This document shows, in pieces, positions 27,227 through 40,613 of a stretch of DNA of 64,000 nucleotides. Source of the DNA: Patellaria atrata CBS 101060 (taxonomy: Eukaryota); NCBI GenBank assembly GCA_010093705.1, contig MU006110.1, positions 142,377-206,376 on the forward strand, given 5' to 3'. The notes under the pieces were generated by a model. It saw only the letters and a program-made list of their open reading frames with translations. It had not been told where the DNA came from and did no database searches. Numbering within the stretch: the first letter of the stretch is position 1; each line of letters opens with the position of its first letter. A program made the position numbers and the translations under genes.

Positions 27227-29454
27227 ATGGATGACGATATGTTTGACGATACCTTCCTGCTGATTGGAATTGATTTTGGAACAACGTAAGTTAGGGAGTT
27301 CCCACAGCAAATCGTGAAACTGCTAATGACATAGATACTCTGGGGTTGCTTGGGCATGGTCAGGCCGACCTGAGGAGATCAATGTCATTACGAACTGGAA
27401 GACCGCCTTAAATTTTAATGCGGACAATGCCAAAGCACCAACAGAGATCTGCTATTCTGGAAGCGAGATATTCTGGGGCTACGATATCGCCCCAGAAGAT
27501 GAGCCCCTTCGATGGTTCAAGTTACTGTTGGTAGATGAAGCGGACTTACAACCTGAAGTCCGCAATGCGCCACAAATCTTAAGAGCTCGACAACTTCTAC
27601 AGAAGTTAGGCAAGAACGTCGTAGATGTGGTAGCGGACTACTTACGCCTGCTCTGGCAGCATGCTATCGAAAGCATAGAGAGGGAGAGGGGTAAGACCTC
27701 AGTTAACGGTCTTCCATTTAAGGTCGTCGTTACTCTACCAGCTATTTGGAAACCAAATTCTCAGAATAGAATGCACGAAGCGGCCCGGAAAGCGGGTATC
27801 TTGGATGACAGACTCTGTGGAGATACACAATTACAGTTTGTCCCTGAGCCGGAGGCTGCGGCACTAGCAACGTTGGTGGATTTTAGAGGAAGATCTGATA
27901 TCAAGGTCTTTATTGTCTTCCCATCTACGGAATCCGAGATTACTAACATGAAGTAGAAAGGAGATGTGTTTGTCGTCTGCGATGCCGGCGGAGGTACGGT
28001 TGTAAGCATCCCATCAGAGTCCCTCCTTCTCCTTTTGTTGATAACTTACGAAAATCACAGGATATAATCTCGTACAAGATTGAAAGCACAAAACCAATGA
28101 AGGTCAAAGAATGTGTCGAGGGAAAAGGTACAGTCCTATATTTCTTTGTAACTAGCTGTAACGCGGCCTGAATTCCTCTCCTAGGGGCCATGTGCGGCGC
28201 AATCTTTATTGATCAGGAATTCGAGAACATGGTTAAATTGACCATGGGTAAGATGTGGGCTAAGTTGAGCAGAGGAAGTATCAAGACGATGATGAACAAC
28301 GAATGGGAAAACGGTATCAAACGGAAATATGACGATTCCGATAGGAAATGGAACGTTGTCCTTCCGGCAGAAGCATTTCCTAGGTTTGCTCGTCGGCCTC
28401 TGGATGATAATAAACATAGTATTGAGCAAGGAAAGATGCAACTTTCGCGGTATATCCCCATCTAGCTCTTTTACATAAAACTTGATAGAGAGACTAACAC
28501 ACTACAGTGGCCACATTCGATCAATATTCGAAGGAGTCATCCAACAAATCAGAGGGTTAGTCAACGAGCAAATCGCTGCAGTGAAGAGGAAAGAGGGTGT
28601 CCTTCCGAAGGTAATACTCGAACTAAATGAGCATAGTTCAGCCCAATAACCAAGTAAACAGGGCATAATGCTCGTGGGAGGATTGGGTGCATGCAACTAC
28701 CTTTACCAAACGCTCAAGACAGAGCATGAACCCTATAAGATCAACGTACTACAACCACGTGGCGATCGTCCGTAAGTGATTCTCATAGTCCTACTGGAAG
28801 GAAAGTATTCATGAAAATAGATGGACAGCAATCTGCCGTGGGGCTGCGATCAAAGCCATGGACACTTCAAACGTCAACACAGACCTCAAAGTTCTCGTCA
28901 GCTCGCGTGTCTCGCGTTTCAACTATGGAGTCGAATACTATACCACCCCGTTTATCGACGGCATCCACGACGAGCGCGACCGGAAGTTCAACGCGATCGA
29001 AGGCTGCGATGTCAACGCGCACCAGATGGAGTGGTATCTCAAGCGGGTAAGCTCCTAAACCTCATGTCAATATAATATATCAGACGGGTAAGCACGCTTG
29101 CTGAAATGGTTTTCTCTTCAGGGCGAAGATATCTCGGACCTTGCCCCTGTAATAATGTCGTGGGTGCGCAAGACGCGCTGGTTCCAATCCCGCTACTCGA
29201 CCAGCATCCTACACTGCGAGGACGAGCAGCCACCCAGACGGCGCACCGAAACCGTAAAATCTCTGTGTGACATTGCGTGGAAGTGCCACGTCCCGTATGA
29301 GGATCTGGATGTGAATATTAACTCCCAGGGAGAGGAGTATAGACAGTTGAATTATGATCTGAAGATGACGGTTACGGGAGCGAGTCTAGATTTTACGGTG
29401 AGCATGGCAGGACGACAGCTCGCACAGAGGAATGTGCAGGTGGATTTTAAGTGA
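27227..29454 (+). CDS. Atypical Hsp70 (HSPA12-like actin-fold ATPase)
   Basis: Multi-exon gene: IGIDFGTT|YSGVA, VVTLPAIW, EPEAAAL, VVCDAGGGTV|DIISY, CGAIFID, LVGGLG, SRFNYGV. No canonical lid or EEVD end. Confidence 0.9.
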
Positions 29455-30455
29455 AGTATCTGGGCCCTCGGAAGCATCTGATGTTGAGGCAAAGAAATAT
29501 GGCGGCGTTCCAGCGAAATTATTTAGGGTACCATTTTTTGTAGCATTTTGGTGGTGGGTAGCTGAATTGCTACTTTATAAATCTAATCATCTAGCGTTAC
29601 ATTTTAGGGTATTCGAGGTGGAGTTTGTGTACGGAAGTACAATCCCTGGATATACGGATACTGTAAATCAGATTTCGTACGGAGCACATGGGGGATTCAA
29701 AAGATACTGTGCGATTAGGTTAACTCGAATACGAAAAGGACTCCAATAAGGGAGTAGATCTTACTGCAGTGAAGAAGTGAATAACTTGACATGTCTTTAA
29801 AGCGTAACGATACGCACGTGTCTGTCCAAGAAGAGGGGAAGGATGATAAATATCCTTTTAGAGTGATACAAATCAACAACGTCCACTCAAGCCTATCCAA
29901 AGATATCCCGAACGTCGATCAGGTCGCCATAAACAAGACTAACCTGGACCTATCCTTCCGATCCTTACTGCTTAGAACAAGAGAAAATTCGTGTTCGGGA
30001 AGACCGGATGATTCGTTAGAGGGAGACTTGTCACGCACTGACGTATGGGGTGGTGGTTGGGGGCCAGCCACCGGGACTTTTTAGGTGCAGTAACATCTTT
30101 ATGTCGTGGAACCTGTCAGCTGAGTATTTTTAGCAGGTTTCTCTGAGTATATTAGGTTTTGAACCTCTGCTGATCGAGAGGAAACAAAGGTCATTGACTA
30201 TTTCAAGGTTCGAAAGAGCATTACAGTACTCCGGACAGCAATTCGGTTCGCAGACTACTCAATTCGGCGCTCTATTGTCAGGCCGTCCACCAACGATCTT
30301 GTTAACAGAAGGATTTAATAAGTCAATTGAAATTTCAACAACCTACCTCGAGCCTCACACTTGGATAAATCCTACGAAATCTAAACTTCGATTTTAAAAA
30401 CTCTACATCGCCTCACAAATCGACCAGACTACCATCAACTACCAAAACCACAACC

Positions 30456-30950
30456 ATGTATACCTCAACCATACTCTCATCAGTCCTCCTTCCGCTCCTG
30501 GCTTTAGCAACACCTATCCGTCCCCGCGCCGGCGGACCCGCTATAGTCCCCATCCCATCAACGTGCTCCGTCATCTCCCCCCTTACGGACGCCTCCGTCT
30601 ATCCTCCCCCCTCGACAACAACCTCCCCTTCCACCACAACGACACCCTCCCCACATTACTCCCCGGCGGCCTCGCTCTTGGCAAACCAGATCTACGCATA
30701 CTACCTCGCCCCGTCCGACGCCCCGGGAAACTTCACGCAGTGTCTGGAGCAGTGCTACGGCTTTGGGGAACGTGGAACGTGCAAGAGCGCGTATATGGCG
30801 ACGGGGGTGCCGAGGCCGCCGATGTATGGACTCCCGGGCGGAGATGAGTCGATCGCTTGTCTCATGTACGGTGTGGAGGTGAAGGAAACGGATTTCGTGC
30901 TTGTTGAAGAGGGGTTCGGTGATCCGAGGGTCGGGGTCATTGAGTGCTGA
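30456..30950 (+). CDS. Small secreted Cys-containing protein
   Basis: Signal peptide MYTSTILSSVLLPLLALA; S/T/P linker; CLEQCYG..TCKS..ACLMY; ends in Cys. Single GC-rich exon. Confidence 0.75.
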   Translation: MYTSTILSSVLLPLLALATPIRPRAGGPAIVPIPSTCSVISPLTDASVYPPPSTTTSPSTTTTPSPHYSPAASLLANQIYAYYLAPSDAPGNFTQCLEQCYGFGERGTCKSAYMATGVPRPPMYGLPGGDESIACLMYGVEVKETDFVLVEEGFGDPRVGVIEC

Positions 30951-33107
30951 GATCAAGGACTGGACTGAGGAACAGAGGATTTGGGGACGGCATTAGAACA
31001 TTATTGGGCGTTAAAGCATATATCAAATCGGGATGGGCATAATTGTCTGGTCTTGGGACTATAAGGCGTTGAAAGGGGAAAAGAGAAAAATGCAGGATTG
31101 CCTGGCATAGGTGATGGTATATGTACTGTACAATACGGTTAACGAAGACCATGATAGATGGATACGGATGTAACCCGGATGCTGCATAACGATCAAACAC
31201 AATACGAAGATATACTATTCAATGAAAAATTTTGAACTGATTATTGAGGTGTTAACTTCTTTGATAGAGTGGAAAATATGTTGATGGTGGGGAAGGCAAT
31301 CCCTCGGTTCGGACGGAACGGAGCGGGAACAACCCCTGAGTCAGGGAATGATATCAGTCAACCAGTGTAGTTCATGTTATCGAACTCGATCCTCCTTCCA
31401 CCCTCAAGAGACATCTTCGAACCGCTCGAAAATGGACCTTTTCAATCCATAAAGACTCAATTTTTAATAGTTCCCCCAATTAGCCCCCACCACGCCCTCC
31501 TCTACATCCCCCAACGTCCATCTACGCAGTCCTCTACATCAACAGTTCCATACTAGGTCGAAAATACAGCAACGTCAGTACCGCCAGAAAACCCTCTCCC
31601 TATGTGAGGACCGCCCGACCGCAACCTATGATACCGCTCAAACTTCTGAGCTTAGAGCATGGTCGAGATAAAACTACCCTCCGCTGTATAATGGACCCGA
31701 CCCATACCTTAGCATGTGCTGTTACAGATTAAAATGCCTAAGATTCAGTAAAGCAGCCCTCGAGTAGAGAGGAACATACTCCGAAGCCCTTATTCTCGCT
31801 TTACGAAGAAGATTCCTGTAGCACAAATTCCAGCCTTCACAATAAGATTGCTGAGTCAGTGATCAGTCCCTGCTGGGGTTAGGTCAGCTTACAAGTATTG
31901 AAGCAACCCAGAATACCCATTTCCAACCCGAAGCACCAGTTATAAGACCTCCAAGGACTGGTCCTAAAGCTGGAAATTGTGAAAATTAGGAAAAATGATA
32001 TACAGATCTTCAATATCCATGTCATTCCATAGAAATCGGATAATGGGCCAAGGAGAAAAGGACCGACACAAAATCCAAGGATCTATACCGTGACACAGAA
32101 TGATCCAAGGCGCTTATCTCCACCGTCAGGACGAAAGGTTTGAAGAACCTGCGGCACACTTGGGGCCAACATCATTGCCACAAGGAACCTGTATTCTCTC
32201 GTTGAAAACAACTCTGACATAACTTTGGATGGTGTACTAACGTTAGAAAGTCGCAATATGAGACATTTGAGACTGAGAGCCACTTTCGCCATCTAGCCCA
32301 TTGGCGAGGTTTCTCAACGTAAAGCTGTTTTGTTTGGTTATCGGCCTCGTTGCAGACACCTGGTGCGAGAACATTGCTTGCTTGATTAGAACTAGGAGAC
32401 ATGGGAGGTTTTCAAATGTACAAAGACGGATTTCTCTCTTGGTGAAATCTTCGGGCAAGAGTAAGAGGGAGAATAAGTGTCAGAGTATAGTGCCTATTTG
32501 TCTATTTATGTTGCACAAGGTAATTGTGCGGGAAAACATCTGGACATGTACCCGCTTTTCTGCGTACTGTACCTTAATGGATCGAATCAATTTTGTACGG
32601 GGAAAGTTGCCTGTCTCTCGTTTTGCTGCTCGAACGTGCCTGAAGTAAACATGCGCTCGTATCGATACGGCAACATGTGCGTATGAGAGCTGTTTCGACA
32701 CCGGGAAGCGTTAGGTTCCTAGTTCCGTGCCTAGGAATTAGGTCCGCTTATAGATTGTTGAAGCGAAAAAGAATTACAGAAAGCTTACTAGTATTACAGG
32801 ACTGGAATGCTGCGTTGTCTTCTATACTTTATATTGTCGTCTACCTGAAAGTAGCAAAGAATGGATGGGACACCACCTTTTCCCACGTGCAGCTCTTTAC
32901 TGCTACATACCCAGCTCGTATGTTCGGTTTAGTGTCCCATTGAGAACGTTACGCACCCTGCAGATGAGCTTCAATACTGTCTTTTTCCAGTCTTCATGGG
33001 TGGTACAGTCACCTCAGAGGCTATACTGAACGAAAAATTATTCCATTCCGTAATGCTATTGAGTAGTATCCGATGATCAATCTACCAACCTATTACTATC
33101 CCCTTAC

Positions 33108-34930
33108 CTAAGCGTGAATGGCCTGCTGGACATGCGGATAAACCTGCACCATCTTCTGGTACAACTCTGGATGATCCCTCACCAAGACCTGCGGATCCCA
33201 CGCCGACGCCACAAAAATCGTATCGATGCCACTACTTAACGGTGTCGTGAAAATATGGCATATCTGGAGTCCGATGAGGAACGCGAATGCCACGACGACC
33301 GGTGTGAATTCCTGGCCTTCGTTGTACGCCGGGCGGGTGAAGAGGAGATAGCAGTATGCGAGGAGGGCGCAAGCGTAGGCGATGAAAGTCGCGCCCATGG
33401 TGAGGACGGGACCGATAAGGCATTCGTTCACAAGTGCATCGATGCCACGGTCTTTGATCATCCTAAGGGATGGGGTGTCAACATTGTAAATGAGAGATCG
33501 AGAAAGGGGTCGGAATGGCTTACTTCCACGTATCTTTTGCGGCTGCGATGTACGCCTTTCCGTATAGCGCGATGTGAGAAAATGCGTAACGGTTGATGAA
33601 TTGGACCGCCCAATCAAGTATACCGATGATACAGCCCAAGATGCAGAAGAGGATGACGCCAACGATGTTCCCCTCCTGAGCCTCCTGACGCTGTGCTACT
33701 GAGCAGAGCTGGCGGAGGAAGTTGATAATGGCGACCAGAAGGCTGCCAAAACTGATGCTACCGAAACTATAGGTCATAGACCTTCTGAACGCTCCACGTG
33801 TGGCATTTTTGGGAAAGTTCTGCGAGCAGAAGTACCAGGAACCGTATACACCTGAGATGGTGGTGTGGATGACATTCTTCAGAACTTCGGTAATCCAATA
33901 TGCAGCAAATGTAACGAAAACGATAAGACCAATAACCTTTCCTGTGCCACAGTTCCCTACACCTTGGCTGCAGGCGGGATTATTTCCAGGCTCGTATTTG
34001 ACGTAGATGGACACCAATGTGACCGAGAAATAGGCGCCAAATGCAGTCGCGAGAAGGCCGCCGATGAAACTGACAAGGTAAACATGTCCATACTTCTTTG
34101 ATACGTCGATAGCGGTCTGAAGCATCAGAGCGCTAAACGGAATCCTTGGGATCCAGGTGATGAAGCAGATTAGGGTGAAGATGGAGAATATGAGGAAGAT
34201 AATACCCCCGGAGTAGTATTTTCGGGACAACATATAGATGGCAGTTGCGAAACCGAAGATGATATTCAAGATGCCAGTAGCCCAGATGAACTGTTTAGTG
34301 AAGGCTCGCGCCAGCCAGATGTATCCATAACTGAGGACTAAGGCAACGGCAAGGCAGAAAGCGAAGAGGACCAGGGTGTTGGTGTCTAAACTAAAGGTAT
34401 TGTTGCTATCGTAGATACCTCCGCCATTGAAACCTTTTGTAGCAGCTAGAATTTGAAGAATCAGAAATGCAGACGAGCTTCGAGTAGATCTCTATACTTA
34501 CCATAACCCTGGATTGCAATTCCAGATACCGCCACGAAACCCGCACAAACCACTAGAAACTAATTTCGCGTCAGCAATCGTGACATGTTAGAAGTCCTGT
34601 CGCGTCCTATTCGCAATATAGATCTACCGCCAGTCAAACATCGTGCTGACTTACCAAAATCGCAGCCCAAAGATCATTCCATTTGGGCTTATCAAGCTTG
34701 AAAGCTTGCTCGAACGTCTGCTTCTCTCCTCCGTGCGAATACCCATTCTGTGCCCCATAATTCATTCCATACTGCGGAGGTTGCTGTGGATATTCTGGAC
34801 GAACCCCATTCTCCTTGAATTGCTGTTGCGGCTGCTGCTGGTAATATGTATTGCCGCCAAACCCATTTCCGTTGCCATTGCCCTGCGCGCTGTTGTAATA
34901 ATCTGCCGCCTCACCACGCGTAGCTGCCAT
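33108..34930 (-). CDS. PNS1: Choline transporter-like (CTL/DUF580) membrane protein Pns1
   Basis: KQTFEQAFKLDKPKWNDLWA; SFGSISFGSLLVA; FINRYAFSHIALYGKAYIAAAKDTW; DRGIDALVNECL. Three introns. Confidence 0.92.
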
Positions 34931-35749
34931 TGTAGGCGTGGAATTCGCTAGAGCTAACAGACGTAGAGAAGCCTGAGCGATCTCAGGATGGAGGTGATAA
35001 ATTGGAAGGAGTGTTGATAGGATGACTTCTACAGAGATATATTCATAATCTTCATCATCTTCTGCTGCTTGTTGATCCATGTTGACGTAAGCGAAATTCA
35101 AGCTTTTATATCGATCAGTGTGATGGTAGAGTTGGTGCAGATCTGCGTCATCATTCCTTGATAATTCATGCCCACACGGACCCTTAGTTGATCCAACTAT
35201 TTTACCCGAGATCGGTTCCGTCCTCATACGGTTAGCGTTAGATTCGCTTCACTTGGCTGCTTGGGGGAACGCGAATGCATGTGAATTTCCTGCTAAACCA
35301 AATACAGCTGTTGCTGGTTGGGGATGGTCAGAATGTAATATCCCCTTTCCTCACTTTGGAGATTAAATCGGACGTCTTCGTTTGTAAACCGATATATCTT
35401 GAACTGTGTGAACCCACCATTAGACCATCTAATCTTTAATATAAGGCATAGTGGACTTAGAATGGGCTGAAAAGAGTAGTGCTTGGTATATACTGTCCAT
35501 TGCATAGTAATTGAAGAGTATTTATGCATACGAAGGGGAACATTTAGAGATTAGTTTGGAGAGAATCAAGAATCATCAAAGAACATATTTTACTAATTAG
35601 GGGTACTATTACTATATATCAAACAAATTTCAACTTTTGATTACCAAATTACCCAACTTCTTCATCAAATTCATCCACAACTTCACCCATTACAGTTTCA
35701 ACTCTACTCCCTTCTCTTCGACTTTAGGTAGTATGCTATACGTATGAAT

Positions 35750-38700
35750 CTAGCATTGTCTAAGATACAAACCGATAGGTTCAGGATTGTAGTCTTGGAA
35801 ATACTCAAGCTCGATACCTTCCGACTCGAGCTCGAATCCAATCCTCATGCCGTGTCTGCAAGGATATGTGTCCAAGACATACTCATGGCCTGGTTTGATA
35901 TCGAAGGAGCCGAAGTCCCTCTTCTTAGCGGGCGCGTTGGCGTAGGTGGTATGCTCATCAGCCGGTGCCCATAGGACTGAGGCTCTGATTGAGCCGTGGC
36001 CGTTATACTTGTAGTCACTAGATATACGTTAGGAAGTTATGTTGTATCCCGTGCTTGTAAATTTCTTACCTAGTCTCCATATGACCCTTCTTCGGGAAGA
36101 GGAAAATCAACGAGCAAGTCTTGCCCTTGTATGACTCTGGAATGTCGAAATTGTAGATAGTCGACTTGGTAGCAGAGCAGACACCATTGTATTGGGTTCC
36201 ACACGCCTTGTGCGGTTTGCTCGCATCGATGGGGACGATGAGATGAGGGAATTGGAATGGACCTTCCAAGTCAGCTGGGCAGTCCTTGGGCGCAGGAGGA
36301 TGGGGAGGAAGCAGAGGAAGATTGTGCTTATCCTGGCAGTCCTCGTGATCTGGTGTCTGTTCACACAAGGGTGGAGGCATAGGCTTTGGCTTTACATTAT
36401 GGCACTCGTCATGGTCTGGAAGCTCGTCACAGTTGACTTTTGGCTTACAGTCCTCAACATCTGGGTGCACCTCGCAATCGGTTTCGCAGTCATCCCCTGC
36501 ACACCTCTTTTGGACCTTTCCGACCTTGCCGAACAGGTGATGACCCTCTGGGGGACACCCACACTTGTCCTTTTGCCCTACCCAAAACATGCAGCACACC
36601 TTGACTATCTCTTCTTCTGCTGGAGGAGAGGGACAATCGGGGTGGTGAGGGTGATGATGGCAGTCTAGCTTTGGCGGATGGCATCCATGGTGGTGAGGAT
36701 GGTGTTCGCAGTCAAGCTCTGGCGATGGTTCGGGGCAATCCTCGAGATAAGGGTGATGATGGCAATCTGGGGGGTGAGGTTCACAATGATCCCCAAAACA
36801 TCGCTTTTGGACCTTTCCAACCTTCCCGAACAGATCATGTCCCTCAGGTGGACAGCTACAGTGGTCTTTTTGGCCTACCCAGAAAGCACAACAGACCTTG
36901 ATCACCTCAACGTCTTCATATTCAGGCTCGGAATGACAATCGTGGTGATGAGGATGTTTCTTGCAGTCAGGCTTTGGGGGTGGACATCCATAGTGATATG
37001 GATGCTTCTCGCAGTCGACTGGCTTTGGGGGCGGTGGAGGAGGGCACAGATGGTGATGCGGATGCTCATCACAATTCGGCTTAGGACAACCCTCAAGGTA
37101 TGGATGGTGACGGCAATCCGGAGGATGTGGTTCACAGTGATCCCCCAAACATCTCTTTTGCACCATTCCAACCTTCCCGAATAGATCATGCCCCTTGGGC
37201 GGGCAGCTGCAGTGATCCTTTTGGCCTACCCAGAAGACACAGCACACCTTGACCACCTCAACCTCTTCATATTCCGGTTCCGAATGACACTCAGGGTGAT
37301 GCGGATGGTGGTGGCAATCTGGCATTGGTGGTGGGCACCCATAGTGGTGTGGATATTTCTCGCAATCGACTGGCTTTGGTGGAGGAGGAAGTGGGCATCC
37401 GTGAAGGAAAGGATGTTGATGGCAATCAGGCGGATGAGGTTCGCAGTGGTCTCCTAAGCACCTCTTTTGCACCTGACCCACTTTCCCAAATAAATGGTGA
37501 CCCTTAGAAGGGCATGAACAGTGGTCCTTTTGTCCTTCCCAAGACACACAGCAAATCTTGATCACCTCAACCTCCTCTGGTGGTGATGGTGGATGAGGGC
37601 ACATGTGGTGGTGTGGGTGATTTTCGCAGTCAGGTTCTGGGGGGTGATGATGATAATGATGGCAGTCCTCATGATCTGGCTCTTCCTCGCAGTGAACCGG
37701 CCTTTTTGGTTTACAGTCCTCAAGGTACGGATGGTGGTGACAATCAGGAGGATGAGGCTCGCAATGGTCGCCCAGGCACCTTTTCATAACCTTACCAACC
37801 TTTCCAAATAGGTGATGGCCCTCCGGAGGGCAGCCACAGTGGTCTTTCTGTCCTACCCAGAAAACACAGCACACCTTAACGATCTCTGTCTCTGGAGGAC
37901 AGTGAGGATGGTGCGGATACTTCTCGCAGTCAACCTTCGGAATTGGGGTATAATGATGATGATGATGATGACACTCCTCGTCATCTTCTTCGCACAATGC
38001 CTCTGGCTCTGGCTTATGGTGTCTACATTCCTCGTGATCCGGCTCATCGTCGCAGTGATCTGGCCTCCTCGGCTTGCAGTCCTCCAAATAAGGATGGTGA
38101 TGACAATCAGGCGGATGATGCTCGCAATGATCCCCAAGACACCTTTTCATAACCTTCCCAACCTTTCCAAAGAGATTGTGGCCTTCTGGTGGACAGCTGC
38201 AGTGGTCCTTCTGTCCAACCCAGAACACACAACACACCTTCACAACCTCCTCTTCATGATGACAGTGAGGATGGTGTGGGTGCTCGTGGCAGTTGATTGG
38301 TCTGCACTTCTCGTGATGATGATCAACCTCGCAATCGGGCTCTGGTTCCGGATGATGATGATGCGAATGGCATTCCTCGTCGTGTTCTTTGCAGTGCTCT
38401 GGCTCCGGATGATGATGATGATGGTGTAAATGGCACTCCTCGTCGTCCTCTTCGCAGTGCTCTGGTTCCGGGTGATGGTGGTGCGAGTAGCACTCCTCAT
38501 CGTCCTCTTCACAACGCTGTTTGTGCGCTTCCCTGCGTTTAAGCTCAGATGCTTCCACTGCCGCATACTTCAGCCTGACCTCGACGCATTTCAGCTGTCC
38601 TTTCAGAGGTTCTGTATAGACGTTCCACTCGCCGAAGTCGTTGACCGGGCACGCCCAAAAGCAGTCCTTGCCGTGGTACGTTACGAGATCTCCAGATTCG

Positions 38701-39049
38701 CAGCTGAAGCCAGGGGTTCCTATAAGTCGACCGTCAGTCAAAGAAATAGAAATTCAGCGGCCTGACACTCACCTTTTGCACCAGCATCACATTGTATCTG
38801 GGACGTCTCAGGAGTAACGATGCATCCCCTGCCGTGAGAATCCGTAACGACGCCGTCCTCAACGCAAAATGTTGATACTCCATGACCTCCGCCAATGCGG
38901 ACTTGACCATCATCGAGCTGTCCGAGAGCAGACCATGCTCCGTCTACGGCATAGACGTTGAAGCAGTGTTTTTCTCCGTAGCCACCTCTCTTGATGGCCG
39001 CAGCAGAAGCACCAAGGGCGAAAGCGAAGGGCGTGAACGCTTTCACCAT
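35750..39049 (-). CDS. Secreted/cell-wall protein with PIR-like N-terminal domain, long His/Cys/Pro-rich repeat region and But2 C-terminal domain
   Basis: Signal peptide; LGQLDDGQVRIG...GRGCIVTPETSQIQCD; central repeats; FQFPHLIVPID...STIYNFDIP..TCSLIFLFP and YFQDYNPEPIGLY. Introns at about 38722-38772 and 36019-36070. Confidence 0.88.
36300..38520 (-). repeat. Intragenic tandem repeats: six KVCCxFWVGQKDHCxCPPxGHxLFGKVGxVxKRC units plus many CxxHPxHxxC motifs
   Basis: Visible directly in ORF 36066..38741. Units are about 300-360 bp apart. Confidence 0.9.
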
Positions 39050-40198
39050 GTTGAGGAGATGAGCTCTCCGAAGCAGAGGGAAGAACAGAAAACAAGGACA
39101 ACGTGCAGGAGGGGGAGGATGAGATCTCTAAAACTGGTGTGGAAGTCGTACATTTATTCTTCTCCTGGAACTGGGCCTTCAAAATCCATGACGCAGAAAA
39201 AGCTATGAACTAAAATACTCAACAGAAGACAATGTACCTACGTCGAGACTACAAAGACTAATTGAGACTGTTGAGAACTGGAGGATGTTGTACTCGCGAT
39301 TCTACAACCATGAAGGAGTAAGATGCTCATAGTCGAACATCAGCGACCCATTCAACCAATAATACCGTCCTTGTGACTGAAAACTTTTCGGAAGCCAATT
39401 CAGGGCTACTGCGGCATCGAGAGGTATATTATCATCATCGAAAGGATCGAAGTATACATAATCCTGCATGAACAGTTATAGATATATCAGTACTAGGTAG
39501 AGAGGAAAGCCAACACGTGCCACACAATCCAGGAACCGGAGAGGAAACATAATTCGCTACAGCAGATCAAGAAATATTAGCAATAGTGGTACCCGACAAT
39601 GATCGAGAGGTATTGCCGTTGAGACTGTACAGATACAGACAAGGGGATGCAACTGCTGATACGAATCCATGGTATAACTACCCCATCTAACGCTAGACAA
39701 AGTCGTTGCTGATGGTGCAAAGGAATGAGAACGTTAGGACTTTGGTATGCCCCACAAGAACTCCGCTAGGATTGTATTATGAGCAAGATATTTCACACTC
39801 CTGTGATCGTTCACAGATGCATGTAAGATCCACAAACCATCCCGGGAACCTGAGAGAGGACTAAATTGGCGGAGAGGAACAGAAGCGGAAGTAGGAATTG
39901 AAGAGAGAGGTGGGTGGAGATGTGGGAGCGGGAGTTCTTCAGGCCAGGAACGGTATTATTCAGGGGTTATGCCAAGTATGCTTCTAATTGGCCCCTTAAC
40001 CCTCCCATTTCTTCACCTTAACGACCACCCAAAAGGGAAATCAGAGGGATACTTCACCACGAACGCATGCTTCAAGAAATACACAATATGAGCTCTCGCC
40101 CGCACCACAAAATGACAAACGGCCATAATCTAGCGAGGCCGCACAACTTTATCTTCGCGCCTCAACTCAACAAAACCTGATCAACCATTTCTCTCTCT

Positions 40199-40220
40199 AC
40201 ACAACAACAACAACAACAAC
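40199..40220 (+). repeat. (ACA)n microsatellite just 5' of a small gene
   Basis: acaacaacaacaacaacaac immediately before the ATG at 40229. Confidence 0.8.
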
Positions 40221-40228
40221 GATTCGAA

Positions 40229-40613
40229 ATGGCCTCTTTCTTCTATCCACCCGGTACCAACCGCTCCTTCGTTGTCGACGTTTCTGTCGACCCTTCAGGA
40301 AATGACACTCCCGGCCAATTCGAGCTCCCTGACTGGGAGAGTCAATTGCACCACCGCCACGCCGACGTCGAAGTCGGCCCCGCTCCTCCTCGCCGCACAT
40401 TCCTCCAATGTGTGCGAGGTACCGTTCTTCCGTCGGGAACTTCGCGCTGCTGGCCCGGTACCTACGGGTGGACGTTTATAGGGATCTCCATTGCGGTCAT
40501 CATCTCCTGTGTTGTTGTTGGGTCTATTGCATACGCAACAAGGAATCAATACAAGTAAGTTATGCGTCCAATACTTATAAATTCTATATCTAACGTCTTA
40601 TTCTAGCTTTTGA
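40229..40613 (+). CDS. Small protein with a single C-terminal TM segment
   Basis: ORF with WTFIGISIAVIISCVVVGSIAY. Intron 40555-40606 gives the end TRNQYNF*. Confidence 0.6.

Noticed and set aside
32240..32460. PEDFTKREIRL resembling the start of a HET domain
   Set aside because: Too short, and no further HET motifs follow.
22900..33000. Starship or other large mobile element carrying the triad
   Set aside because: No tyrosine-recombinase captain gene, transposase or terminal repeats were seen in the window.
36192..38765. Many plus-strand Met/Val-rich ORFs
   Set aside because: They are antisense shadows of the His/Pro/Cys repeat gene.
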